A stretch of 64,000 nt of DNA from Mobula hypostoma (lineage: Eukaryota). The DNA lies in NCBI RefSeq assembly GCF_963921235.1, contig NC_086097.1:13330001-13394000 (forward strand), in the 5' to 3' direction. The translations under genes were made by a program, and so were the position numbers. Below are positions 37,634-51,200 of this stretch, piece after piece. The notes beneath the pieces are model-generated. The model saw nothing but the letters and a program-made list of their open reading frames with translations, did no database searches and had not been told where the DNA came from. The stretch's first letter is position 1. Every line of letters begins with the position of its first letter.

Positions 37634-39454
37634 GCTTTCTGAAGTGCTGCCTGATGGAAGGGACGGGGGGTGTTGAGAAGGGGGAATGCCTGGACTGAAC
37701 GTGATCTTCAATTATGTTGGCTGCTTTCTGCTCTCTTGAGGTAGCAGGAAGTGTCAATAGAGTCAGTGGAGGTGAGGCTGGTTTTTGTGATTGGCTGGGC
37801 TGCATTCACAACTCTCTGCAATTTCTTGCAGTTTGGGTAGAGCATTTGCCATACCAAGATATGATGCATCTGAATGGGATGTTTTCTGTGATCCATCTGT
37901 AAAACATTGGTGAGGATTATTGGGAAATGCCAAATTTCAGTCTTTTGAGGAAGTCGAGATGCTGGTGTACCTCCTTGGCCACTGGATCAGGACAAATTTT
38001 CGTTAAAATTGTTATAGCTGAGGATGGTAATGGGGCCAAACTCCCACTACCTGTTAAATGCTCCCAATGGTGTGAGCTTCAAATAGCCTCTGACAACCCT
38101 CCAGCTCCTGGCCTTCACGTGTGGGTCACTGATGACTTAAAACAAGTTGCTTTGGACAGATGGCACTTGGTAGCTGTGGTTGCCAGCTCATCTAGGAGAC
38201 AGAAAACTCTGATCTCAAACCCTGAGGGAAAATCCAGAGCGAGAGTCCGTAAGACCGTCCTACGTTGAGTTCAACGCTGACTGGCATCTCCTGCGTTGCC
38301 ATTGGTGCCAAACTGTGTTAGTCCCTGCCCTTCCTTTGTGTTCATCAGATGGCTGGAGAGGGGGCTCTTGCTACATGGGTAACAGCTTGCTCTCCATATC
38401 ATACTGCCCAGGCTTGCATATCTGGACAGCTGGGATACAGCATCTATGGTCGACCCTGACAGACGGAGGCCTCACTCACTCATTTTTACACCGAGGAACT
38501 TGAAGCAGTCTACCATCTCTGCCACAGCACCATTGATGCAGACAGGGGCTCTAGTAGTCCACTCTGCCTCCTGAAGCCAATTTGTCTTCCCATATGAGTA
38601 ATACATTGACAAGTATTTGAGTACAAGCCAGCATGTTAATTCAAGTGACAAGGAAAGCTAATTACTCACTTGCTTTGCTCCCCGGACATGGTACATGTCC
38701 ACCATCATCTTTCTTCTGGCCATGATTCATTGGGGTCCAATAATACTCATCTATTTATTTACATTTAAACATATTCATGACCTTAACTCAAGACAGATGG
38801 GAATCAGATTAATTTCAGTGCCCTGCCATACAAGCAGGAATATTACTCTATTACCATAACCTATAAATATAAAACTTAAACAATCTGTTTACTCCCATGT
38901 TTGTTTTTGCTCTATATTAATGACCTTATCCATTCATCACCAAGCCCTTGTTTGCAGATGATTCCACTCTGCCTTTATTAATTTCATTCAGATCACATGC
39001 CCTCATTGCAGAGCCTTCAACACTCTCTCTTAATGCAATGATTAAATCACTAAATCTTGATACCTGCGGCACAATGCAAACCTCATTTCTTTCATATCTT
39101 CAAAGGCACAATTGGTTCATAACACTGGCGGGTCTGTGCAATGGTTCCCACTTCTTACCTTTGATATCAGTAGAGTGAATTTCCATCCTAATAGACCCTT
39201 GATATTCTAACCCTCATTATTTTGCCTGAATTTAAATAGAGTTCTCTTCATCTCCTTTATTGCCAAAGCTGCCTTCAAGATACTAACCCTCCTGTTTCAT
39301 GCTAAATACGTAGCCCCTCAACAAGACTCTCTGTTCTGTCCAATCCCAACTAAACTACAGACATTGCTTATACTGGGAAGGTCTGATGAGCTTTGCTTTT
39401 AAACTAGGATAGGGGACCAGATAAAGTGTCTAATCTAAACCTACTCCCATCTCT

Positions 39455-40015
39455 ACTTGTACACTGCTTTGTCAGGCGCTTCCACTTTGTAGACCACATC
39501 AGTGGGCTTTCCTGGTGATCACTTATTTTAATTCTGCTTTCAGTTCACATTCTGACATGTTGCTCCATGGCCTCCTCTAATGCCATGGTGAGGCATGAAC
39601 ATTGATTTCTATAACTTCTGGTAAGTTCTACCTCCTCCCCTTCTCTACTTTTCCATTCCCCATTTCGGTTACTCTCGCTTCCCTCCTCTTCTCCTCACCT
39701 GCCCATCACCTCCCTCTAGTGCTCCTCCTCCTTCCCTTTCTCCCACAGTCCACTCCCCTCTCCCATCGGATTCTTTCTTCTTCAGCACTTGACATTTACC
39801 ATCTATCACCTTCCAGCTTCTCACTTCACACCCCCTTCCCTAACACCTATGTTCCCCCTCACCTGACCACCTCCCTCCTGCTAGTTTGCACTCCTTCCCC
39901 TTCTGCCACCTTATTATTTTTGCTTCTTTCCCCTTCCATTCCAGACCTGATGAAGGGTCTTGATCTGAAACGTTTCCCTCCATAGATGTCACCTAACCTG
40001 TTGAGTTCCTCCATA
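39455..40015 (+). mobile_element. Penelope-like element 3' portion: degenerate GIY-YIG C-terminus, pyrimidine-rich UTR and hammerhead motif
   Basis: FPG..YFNSA..SHSDMLLHGLL..GMNIDFYNF remnant; CTGATGA at 39947-39953, GAAAC-GTT at 39967-39974. Confidence 0.7.
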
Positions 40016-40030
40016 TATGTTTCTCTAGAA

Positions 40031-40109
40031 CAGCAGTTCCCAACTTCTTTTATACCATAAACCCCAATCATTAACCCAGGGGTCCATGGACCCCAGGTTT
40101 GGTACCCTG
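40031..40109. mobile_element. hAT (Charlie-like) MITE
   Basis: TIRs cagcagttcccaac / gtttggtaccctg; 8-bp TSD CTCTAGAA / CTCTGGAA fits the Charlie NTCTAGAN target preference. Confidence 0.75.
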
Positions 40110-40263
40110 CTCTGGAATTTAAAAATGCTTTTCTGGTACAGTGGGGCTACTGCTTCTTAGTGTCGTATTTCATACTCCTTATTTTTATTTAGAGATCCAG
40201 CATTCCAGCATAGTAACAAGCCCTTCCAGCCCAATGAGCCTTCCTTGCCCAATTACACACATG

Positions 40264-41095
40264 TTCAATGGGTTCAATAGGTACATTTAATGTCAGAGAA
40301 ATGTATATAATATACATCCTGAGATTCTTTTTCGTTGCAAACAACCATGAAAACAGAGGAGTGCCCGAAAGTATGAATGACAGTTAAATGTTAGAACCCC
40401 AAAGCTCCCCTAACTCTTCCCTCCTATGCATAAGCAGCAACAAAGCAACAACCCCCCCACCCCACCAGCAAAAAAACATTGGCACCCCCCACAGTGCACT
40501 CAAGCGTGCAGCAAAGCATCAATAAATACACAGACTTACAGTACCCCAAAGACTACTTGTTCACACGGTAATTTGACATACCACAGGCTCGCTCTCTTTC
40601 CCTAATAAGGGAAAAAGAGGTGACCCCATTTCACAGTGAGAGGGGAGACATAATAAAGCAACTCACTGATTTACGATGTTAAAAGTCTGTTGCATTGCTT
40701 TTTCCAAGCTCTGTGCCCAAAGAACTCTGGTCTCTGGGCACACAGCCAGCAGCCAGCTTGCTATATATGACCTTCCATCTCCCACGATGCATCAGGCGGT
40801 GGCGCCGATCTTGAATCCGCCTGCCTCCAGAACTGCGACAATCCCGGAACCCTGAAGGAGCACTCGTCTTCCAGGCCGAATCCTTGGCATATCAGAAAGT
40901 GGCTGGTTGTGAGGCCCTGAGAGCGGGTCCCATTTCCGCAAAGAACTGAAGTCAGCGTGCAACTCCAGGTCAGGGTCTTCAAAAGAACCTTAAGAGGGGA
41001 AAGAAAAGATATCAAAGATCGAAATAGAGTTGTTTCTGAAGATGCAAGCAAAAGAGTCGCTCTTAGGCACAATCATCCTCCTAAGCTCTGCCTCC
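40264..41095 (-). mobile_element. Non-coding retroposon inserted in a V-SINE (40180-40263 + 41096-41270)
   Basis: (ATTGAACC)-type tandem tail; V-SINE sequence aattacacacatg resumes as ccaattaacctact after the insert. Confidence 0.55.
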
Positions 41096-41318
41096 CTTAT
41101 GAGGCCAATTAACCTACTGACCCACGCGTCTTTGGAATGTGAGAGGAAACCAGAGCACCTGGAGGAACCCCTCACCTTCACGGGCCATACATACTCCCTA
41201 CAGTGGGATTGAACCCTGGACACTGGCACTGGATCAGTGTTATGCCAACTATTACACTACCATGCTGCATCATGCTGCATGCTCCTTATTACGTCTGAAT
41301 AAAACAATGAGAACATAT

Positions 41319-41739
41319 TGTAGTGAGTTCTTTGGGCCTGTGTGGGGCACCGGAGAGCATTGCTCTATGAGGTTTACAGAACACCTGAATTGGTTAGTTG
41401 TTGTTTAAAGAAAGTTGTTAATGTTCAGAGTTCCTTGTAGTTTTCTTGAGCAGCTCACTCCTTTTAATGAGGTCACTTGGTGCCTTCTGTTTAAACTTGT
41501 TAAGTTTTTTTTTTGATAGGCTCAGGGATTCTGTGTTACTTGTATTATTTAAGTGGACGCCTGATTAGCGCTAATCGCAGGCCCTCGTTTTGAGAATTTA
41601 CTTCTTGTGGTGTCACTCAACCACACCACCGATGTTCCTTTGGAATTATTATGAATAAACTTTCATCGCTGTCTCCACATTGGAGTCTGTCTTTCCTCAG
41701 CACTTGGGTTCCGATATTTTGCCAATGCACATCATGACA
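41319..41739 (+). mobile_element. Solo LTR (Gypsy-type)
   Basis: TGTAGTGA...TCATGACA termini; AATAAA at ~41654; gcacttgggttcc motif; TSD CATAT/TATAT. Confidence 0.75.
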
Positions 41740-43439
41740 TATATAGACTCCATAAATGCTTCATGGGTGTATAAGCAAACAAAAAAAATCACATTAAAGG
41801 AGCAGAGAGTTTTTGGGGAAGGAATTCCACAGCTTGGTGTAATGATAGCTGAATACACAGTTGTTAATCATGGAGCTGGTAATTTCAGAATTTGCATTGT
41901 GTGATCTACATGACCTCCTGCCTCCCCGTATTCTAATTATGTTAAAATCAAACCCATCTTAAATTCTTGATCTCATTCCTTCCTGGTACTTGAAATAATG
42001 GTGCATCTTCTCTTCCCTTCCTCCTGCATTGTACACATTGTATTTCAGAGCACCAGGTGCAGCAAGTGTTTTGGAAAAATAATGAATTCCAACCTCCTCT
42101 AGATATTTGGAACAAAGTTCTTTTTGAAATCAGAGGAGAACATAGATTTCATCTCAGCTCTGTGGTGGCTTTGTCGTCAATAGTTGAAATTTGGTAGGTT
42201 CCCTCCCAATGAAATATGGATGTTGTGCATGTCAGAGTTTTCAAGATGCTGGAAATCCAAAGCAACACACACAAAATCCTGGAGCAGCTCAGCATCTATG
42301 GAAAAGAACAAACTATCTAAAGATCTAAAATCTAAAAAAATCTTTTTAGATTTTGCAGGAACACATTCTCCCTCTGTTGCTGAGACTGTTTTCTGTGCAA
42401 GAGTCTGGATTGGGTGGTTCACGTTCTAACACAAGCTCTTAAGACCTTTCCAGAGTCAGACTTGTAAATAATGTAAATAACAACCTTTCCATCTCAACCT
42501 TTTTGTTATGTCACTTAACATGTTAAAGATATCTAGTTGCTCAAATCAGGAACACAAATTTCTTTCTGGGATACTCCCAGTTCCAAATCTACTGCCCATT
42601 TGGCCAGTGGCATTTAGGGTGGCAATGAAGCTCCTCCATCTTTGGCGGTGTTCACGGCTTCCTTCGTGGTGTCGGTAGCTCGGTTTTCACTACTGACAGT
42701 CATGCAAGTCCCAGGTGGAGACTCAGGAATACAGTTGCACTCAGATGTAGAAGGTTTCTCCACTGCTGTTTCCATAGCAGTTTAGTTTTGTCAGTCAGGA
42801 GTTGTTGGCCCTTAGATGAACCCCTGAACCTGGAGGACCGGTGGACCAATCTCAGTCTGGCCTCTACCCTTTAACCTTTTTGGCATGGGTGACCCTACAA
42901 ACAGCCAAAGCATGAAGCCCTGACTCCAGCCAACATAGCGCTCTGGGTCATTGAGGCACGCAAGCCTGCAAAGGTGTTGTCCACTTGGAGGTTACTCCTG
43001 GTTACCGACTGTGAAATGGCTGGATATCAAGGCTGAGGTGACAAATGCTAAATAGAATTAAGTCAATTTGGTTTCAAGTTTGAAAAAATCTTATGAAGAA
43101 TTAATCAACCTCTGAAGCCTGTACACCCCAGTCATACTCTCTTCTCCCCTTTCCCATTGGGTGGAAGATACAGAAACATGAAAGCATGGTTACGGGGAAC
43201 ATGAGGGGAAACGTCCAAACTCAGAGGGCGGGTGAGAGTGTGGCACTACTTGTGGATATGATTTTGATTTCAACATTCAAGAAGTTTGGATAGGTACATG
43301 GATGGGAGAGTGTGAAGGGCTATAGTCGCAGAACAAATGATGGGAGTAGGCAGGTTGAATGGTTTGGCATGGACTGGACTGACTGTTTCTGTTTCTGTCC
43401 TGTACTTTTCAAAGACTCTGTGATTCTAAGTTGTTGTGC

Positions 43440-44035
43440 AAAAGAAGACAAATAATAATAATAATAATAAAATGAGTATGATTGGCTATGACCATACCTC
43501 TGGTTGTACCAGCTTGAACTGAGAAAAAAATAAATAGAAACAACAATAATAAATAAATGATACTGAGAACATGAGTTGTAAAGTCATTGAAGGTGAATCC
43601 ACGTTCAGTGTTGTGGTGAGTGAAGTTATCCACAGTGGTTCAGGAATCTAATGGTTGAAAGGTAATAACTGTTCCTGAACCTGGTGGTGTGGGACATAAG
43701 GCTTCTGTACCTCCTTCCTGTGAGCAAAAGTGAAAACAGAGCAGAGCCTGGATATTGGGGGTCCTTAACGATGGGTGCTTCTGTCTCGTGGCGGTGCTGC
43801 TTGTAGATGTGCTCAATGGTGAGAGGGCATTTCCTGTGACGGACTGGGCTGTATGCACCTCTTTGTGGAGGCTTTTCCATTCTTGGGCATTGGTGTTTCT
43901 GTCCAAGGCTGTAATGCAACCTGTCAGGATATGCTCCATTGTGCATCCATAGTAGTCTGTCAAAGTTTTAGATTACTTGCCAAACTTCTGAGAAAGTTGA
44001 GGTGCAGACGTTCCTTCTTTGTAGTATGCACTTAA
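43440..44035 (-). mobile_element. Rex1/Babar-like 3' fragment
   Basis: IVKDPQYPGSALFSLLLTGRRYRSLMSHTTRFRNSYY. Confidence 0.8.
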
Positions 44036-47000
44036 TGTGATGGTTGCAGGCAGTGTAACAGTCTGGCACATACAAAATGGGCTGAAAGGCCCATTTCTGC
44101 ACTGTAGCACACGTTATGTATGCTTTGCAACTTCAAAACATCAAACTAATTCAAAGGAAGAGGTGCGAGTCCAAACTTTGGGTATACTTCAAGTGAGGTG
44201 TGTCCATATTACATGGTAGCAATTCACATATTTTTACATATAACTCATAATGAATTATTTAAACAAACAAGAATGCTTGATCAAACAATATATATACCAG
44301 ATTACTCAAGTATTACCGAAATATTAAATACCCAACACTTTGACTCTATGACCCGACTGCTACTCCAAATGTGGCCCAACCAGAGTTTTTTATAAAGCTA
44401 CAATGTAACTTATTGATTCTTGAATCTAATTCATTGACTAATAACAGTAAGATATTAGGTCAGTTGGCTGGTACATGCCAACAGTGGCAACACCACAAAG
44501 TGTTTCACTGTCGTAATGATTTTCTGCAGTTGAGAAAGGTTTTATAGGAATGTGGCTATTTGTTTTTAACTGATATGGTGAGCAGGGAGCTGGTACTGCT
44601 TTTGAGAAGAAGGTCATGTCTGAGAAATGGATCAAAAATAGGTGTTCATTAGATAACAGGATGCTGCCAAACTTAAATTACTCAATTTTTGAGAATGCGT
44701 TGTGCTTGAGATAAAATTAAGAGAGGCCTAGATAGGATAGATAGTCAGAATTTGTTTCCTGCCACTGTCTGTAAGGAGATTGTACGTTCTTCCCGTGACC
44801 TCGTGAGCTTCCTCCGGGTGCTCTAGGTTCCCCCAACATTTCAAAAATGTACTGGTGATAGGTTTATTGGTCATTGAAACTGGGTGGGGAGGAGTTGTGG
44901 GCAGAGAGGTGCTGTTATCATCCTGTATCTTTAAATAAATGAATGAAATAAGAAGTCAAATACTTCAAATACTAGGTTTAAGACCATAAAATCATTAGAT
45001 ATAGTAGCAGAATTAGGCCTTTTGGCCCATCGAGTCTGCTTCGCAATTTCATCATACCTAATCCATTTACCCTCTCAGCCCCAAATCTCCTGCCTTTTCC
45101 CGTATCTCTATCTAATCAAGAGTCTACCAACCTCTGCCTTATTTATACTCAGTGACCTGGCCTCCACAGTTCCCTGTGGCAACGGGTTCCACTGAATCAC
45201 CACTCTTTTTTAAAATTCTTTCTTATTTATCTTCTAATATTTGTACTTCGATGCACTTGTAATGCTACTGTGATAGCGTAATTTCTTTTGGGATCAATAA
45301 AGCATCTACCTATCTATCTGGAGAAATTCCTCCTCATCTCCACTCTAAATGGACATCCCTCTATTCTGAGCCTGTGTCTTCTCTCCATATGAAACGTCCT
45401 CTCCACATCCAGTCTATTAGGACCTCTCAAGGTGAGAGGAGGATAGTTTGCAGGTGACAACCAGGATAAGTTTATTACTCTGAGAGTGATAGGTGGCTGA
45501 TAAAGGTGGTGGGGGAAGCAGTTGACTGTAAAGTTTAAGCAACATTTAGGTAAGCGATAAACAGTCAGGGAATGGAGAGATATGAATCATATGTTGGAAG
45601 ATAGGTTTATTTTAATTTGGCACCATGGCCAACATCGATGTCATAGGCAGAAGGTGCTGGACTGTTTTATGTTCTATTTGCACACAGGGACAGATGATGG
45701 GTTAGTGGGAAGGAGGTGGGGAGGGGGGAATCTTCTGAAACATATTCAAAAGCATTCAGAGAAAATGCATGATCTGTGTACGGCAGGGGAGGAGGAAGGG
45801 CTCCATTGATCGGGGTTGATTATGAAATATTGCATCCTCCCTGTCTACGTGATATGCACGACAGTACGCAAGCCAGGGCAGTATGATATGGACAGCAAGG
45901 TGTTGCCCATGCAGCAGGATCTCTCTCTCCACGCATCTGTTGAAGCCAAAGGAATGGCAGAGACCAATACAGTTTAGCACCAGTGGCACCACAGGAGTTA
46001 CCAGGCAATGTTCAACTCAACACAGGACTGCCTTAGGGTATACAGCTCCGGATTTTCCCCTTAGGGTTTACTCCCCAACCTTTCCCCTGACTTGGTATAT
46101 CAGCAAGGCAGCAGAGGCTTGAGACCAGAGTTGCCTAGATGAGCGGCCAACCACAGCAGATGAGCCCCATCTGCCCAAAGCAACTGGTTTTAGAGCACCA
46201 GTAACCTGCCTTTGCCCCTTCTCCTGTCGGTAGAAACAGTTCCACTGCGCTTAGTCACACGTGCAGGCCAGGAGCAGGACTTGGTTGTCAGAATCTATCT
46301 GAGGTGCACGCTGCTGGGGTCATTTAATAGGTAGTGGGAATTTATCCCCACTACCTCCCCCCGGCTATGACGACCGTAAGGAACTTGTATACTTGGACAC
46401 CTGTGGTTATCTCAGGGAATTACAATGGATTATGACCATGAAAAGAATTGTCAAACAACAATGAAGCACATTGATCATAGAAAAATGATGCAATATTGTG
46501 GGTGGGATTAAGATGAAAATATGGAGAAATGGTCAGGTAAAGTCATGGACAAATCATGGGATCAATGACCACAAATATCCCGATTATTGTACTTTCATCC
46601 ATGCCCCCTCTATGCCTTTAAACTCCTCTGGCCATGTAGTTCTCTATTGTATTGCTGTTCCTCAAATGTTGGCATCCTTTGTACCTCTGATTTTAATTAT
46701 TCCATCCACTGTAGCAATTTCCTTAGTTGCCAAGGCTCAAAGCCACAGAGTTACCCTGCTAAACACCTACACCAACTTCTCACTTCTCCCAGACTCTCCT
46801 TACAACCTAACTCTTCCAGGTGGGGGTGTGATGGTGATAAACCTTCCCACTACCTATTAAATGCCTAAAACATCGACTGCTTATACACTACCATATACAC
46901 TGCCCGACCTGCTGAGTTCCTACAGTTTTATGTATGTGTTGCTCTGGAGTTCTAGCATCTGCAGAATCGCTTGTTTATCCTTCAGTTCGATGTCTGAATG

Positions 47001-50000
47001 TTTCTTTAGATAACTCAATGTCAAATTTTATTTGAAGCCACTCCTGAGAAGTTCCTTGGGATGTTTTGCTGTACAAAAGGCACCATGTAATACAAGTTAT
47101 TGTTTATCAGTAACAACTACAAAGTGAGAGAAAGCAGTAAGATTACAAAGTAGAAAGTGGAAGGCTAGAGGGCATAACAAATTCTTCCAGTAAGTAGGTC
47201 AGAACATGACCATCGAAAGCTTGAAGCAAACAATTGTTTGTCTGCCCATTCCATATCCTGCTCTAACAGGAGATTAAGCTGGAAAGTGGATTGGTAGTAT
47301 GTTGACCAGGCATAAATCTATATTGACTCTCACGAAGACTTGTATTGCAGGAAGATTTCTGAGCACAAGCAGGCAGATTTGCTTGGATCAGCTAGCACTG
47401 AGGCAATTAACTGGACAAACCTTTGTACACTGGCTGCACTGAAGCCTTCTCTTTAGTTGGCTGCTGTCTGAACCCAAACAGGTACAACCCATTTCAATCA
47501 GCCTGTCCTTAGTACTTAACACTTCCTTGTTCTGACCAACCTACTCTATATTGCCATCATGCCCAAAATATCTACCTCCTCCACCCTACTCCAACTCCAA
47601 GGAATCTAGTTGGTGTCACCTTCTCTCTACAAAATGTAGAAACTTTCAGATAGCTCTTATCCTTTCCTTCACTCCTAAGAATTTTGACATGGATTTTGCC
47701 CTCTTCAACCACCATTACATAACTCCTGCCCAATTCCTCCCAAATTCTTGACATCCCCAGGATACTAGATCTCAACCACTTCATTTTTAGCCTAGTTGAG
47801 AAACTAAAAGCCATTTAAGCCCATCTCCCCAACCTCAGGGAAACACCCACCCCAGCCTCCCTCTTTGCTCTTGGAAACTCAGGCCCAGCTCCTGCCAAGT
47901 GGACACGATCAGGTTCAGGAAGGAACAGTTAATATCTGGATGGGATTACTTTACCACCTCACTCACCCCCAAACTGGAACTGTTCCCACAACCTATGGAC
48001 TCACTTTAAGGACTCATCATCTCATGTTCTCGATTTTATTGTTTATTTATTATTTTATTTTTATTTTTGTATTTGTGCAATTTGTTGCTTTTTGCAAATT
48101 GGTTGTCCGTCTTGTGTGCGATTTTTCATCGATTCTATTGTGCTTCTTTGTATTTACTGTACATGCCCACAAGAAAACGAATCTCAGGGCTGTATGTGAA
48201 CTTTGAAAATAAATTGACTTTGAACTTTGAATTTCACTCCATTTGACCTCAGTCTCACTAAGAAGCCTTTGAATCCTCCACATCCTGAAATTATTCTGTC
48301 AGACATACGCCAGCTCCTGATTTCCATCATGATTTTCTGAGGAACGGACCTGCCTTGAGCATTTGTATTGAGAAGGAAATTTGAAAGCAGTTCAGTAATT
48401 GGCTCAATATTTGTGAAATGAATTTTAAGCCTCCCTCTTTGCTGACTGCTAATGGTGACATGGTTGCAAAAATCCCTCACTAATTAGCCAATAGTCGCCA
48501 CTGGAGAATTTTGAAATGGGCAATAACATTGCAAAAAGGACTTTCTCCAAACTCATCTATTGAGATGATTTGAAAACTACCTCTTCTGTGTATCATCCCT
48601 GCCTGACAAAGACTACGTTTGACAATTTAAAATGCTGTCTGTTCATAGAAATGAATGTCAGGGATGGATCCCTGGGCACTTTGTGACAGTGTCCCTTTAA
48701 ACACTGTCTGCTTACGGTAAATTAGAACTGTATTTGTAATTAGTAACCATACGCCTCTTTGTTCCCATGCTTTAGAGCAGAAAGTGAGATATTTCCCTTA
48801 CCTCCCCCCTCCTTCTTTAACACCCTATCACACAAAGTTTCACTGGTGATTAGCTATGCTAGCATAATTCCTCCACAACATCTGCTTTTGCCCATAACCA
48901 TTCAGTAATTTTTCCCTCATTTCATTACTGATAATTTTCTTTCAACAGAATATACATGTATTAACTGGTAATGGCTTTCCAGTTTAGATCAAATAGATGT
49001 CAGGGGACTCCCAATAACTGCAAGGTCTGACTCTGACTATTAAAGACAAATTTGGAGCCTCACAGAACTGGAACAAAATAATCAATCAATTAAACTGGTA
49101 GGACACACACTTTAAAACGGAATTGTGTGGGGGGTTGCGTAAGGCCATGCCAACATATTGTGAGCAATATTAAGAAATGAGGAAAGGAAAGGCAAGAGGG
49201 GATAAAAGACAATAATGCAGCCACCGTGTATATCAGATGTTTTCCATACTCGAATGAATCGTTCACATTCCATCTGGTGCGAGTGAGCTCTGAAGACACT
49301 TTTGCTGAAATCTTGACAGTCACCCGCCACATTAAAAATCTGTCATTACCATCTCTTCTCTCTGTGACTCTGGAGATTTGTCTCAGCAGTATAGTTCTCT
49401 CGTTCCCTCTTTCCTTTCTTGATTTTTTTTTCTCTCTCCTCCCTTCACTCACGCCAAAGAAATGCAAAACAAAATACGTTTTTTTTTCCTGTCGTTTTTG
49501 AAGAGGAAGAGGCGGGTAGTAAACACCAAGGCAGAAAAAAAAACAAAAATCACAGCAAAACCAGACTGGGAGATAGGTGCGAGGAGCACATCTGCTGATG
49601 CCTTAGTGTCCTCTGATGAGGAATTAAATCAGCCAAACGTGGACAACGCTCCGTGTCCATGTCACAAATCTCATCCGCTGTTACAGAGCTTGTCGCAAAA
49701 CATCTGTTTGTCTTGCAAAAAGGGAGAGGAGATAAAGACCAAGGTATCAAAAGAATTTAATTCCTTCGTGAATCTGGACAGATATACACAGATGCGTGAT
49801 TTACAGCAAATGCTTAATTCAGAATGTTTTGTTTTTTTTTCCTTTGAGTCCCTTAACATATTTTGTGCAAGTTACTTAGGAATTAGGCTCAGAATCAGGC
49901 CATTCAGCCCAAAAGGTCCATGCTAGTGCTTGTACACTACTGCTGCTTTTATTTACTGTATTTATTTAGAGATGCAGCACAGAACAGGCCATCCCAGCCC

Positions 50001-50039
50001 AATGAGTTTGACATCACAGCAGAAATTCCTTAGGATTTG

Positions 50040-50475
50040 GCCATAAGACTAGAATACATAGGAGCACAATGATGCCACTCGGCCCATCAAGTCTGATTCA
50101 CCATTCCATCATGACTGATTTATTATCCCTCTCAACCCCATTCTCCTGCCTTCTTCCCATAACCTTTGACTCCCTGATTAATCAAGAACCTATCAACTTC
50201 TACCTTAAATATAGCCAACGGCTTGGCAACCATAGCTATATGTGGCAATGAATTCCATAGATTCACCACCGTCTGGCTAAAGAACTTCCTCCTCATCCTG
50301 CTTCTAAATGGATATCCATCAATTTTGAGGCTTCTTCTTCCGGTCTTAGACTCACCCAATATAGAAAACATCCTCTCCACACTCACTCGTCTTTCAGTAT
50401 TCAATGTTTTAATAAGATCTCCCCTCATTCTTCGAAATTCCAGCAAGTGCAGGACCAGAGCCATGAAACATTCGA
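50040..50475 (-). mobile_element. CR1 3' fragment
   Basis: LEFRRMRGDLI..FFSQTVVNLWNSLP..GYGKKAGEWG. Confidence 0.85.
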
Positions 50476-50496
50476 ACTTGACAAATTTGAGATTTT

Positions 50497-50873
50497 CCCA
50501 GTCCTGATGAAGGATCTCAGCACAAAATATCAACTGTTTAGTCCTTTTCCCAGATGCTGCTGGACCTGCTGAGTTCCTCCGACACTTTGTGTGTGTTGCT
50601 CTGGACTTCCAGCATCTGCAGGATCTCGTGTGTTGTCCATTCTATTTTATTTTCAAAATTTGTTTGCACTGAATTGCTTCTCTTTCTGTCTTTGTTGTAT
50701 AATTTTAATTCTAAGTAATGAATAAGGAAAGGTAAATTTAAACATGGGGAAATCTGCAGATGCTGCAAATCCAGAGAAACACACACAAACTGCTGGAGGA
50801 ACTCAGCAGATCAGTCAGCATCTATAGAAATGAATAAGTAGTGACGATTCAGGCCGAGACCATTCTTCAGGTT
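50497..50873. mobile_element. Tail-to-tail inverted pair of Penelope-like 3' ends with degenerate hammerheads
   Basis: Plus-strand arm 50497-50634 begins cagtcCTGATGA; minus-strand arm 50741-50873 reads CTGAAGA..GAATCGTC. Confidence 0.7.
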
Positions 50874-50959
50874 AAGTGAGCTTGCTGATAGGATTTGTGA
50901 GGGAAAGGGTTTTTGAAGCCTGGTGGATAAGTTACTGGACTAACAGGCAATTTTTTATC

Positions 50960-51200
50960 CCAGCATGTGAATTTGAATTCCACCATGGCAGGGAAGGGCT
51001 TTAAATCCAAGTGGTTAAATAAACCTGGAATTACTTAATTGATTGGATTTAATGATGGAACTGTTGGATTGTTAACCCATCTGGTTAACTAATATCTCTT
51101 TAGGGAAGGAAATCTACTGTCTTAGTTAGCTTTACGGGTTATGTAACCCCAAACCCAACATGCCTCCTTGATTCCATGCAATTAAGGAGACGATAAATAC
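50960..51200 (+). mobile_element. Ancient tRNA-SINE remnant (related pieces at 32685-32820 and 34190-34410, minus strand)
   Basis: caccatggcag, acccatctggtt.actaat, tttagggaaggaaatct motifs recalled from shark SINEs. Confidence 0.45.

Noticed and set aside
49606..49646. Hammerhead-like string tgtcct-CTGATGAG...cc-AAAC-GT-ggaca in unique sequence
   Set aside because: It lacks G12 of GAAA, the triplet would be GUG (not cleavable) and stem II is only 2 bp; probably coincidence.
49462..49926. 154-aa ORF
   Set aside because: It crosses poly-T and poly-A tracts and ends in SINE/LINE tail sequence; no protein family recognised.
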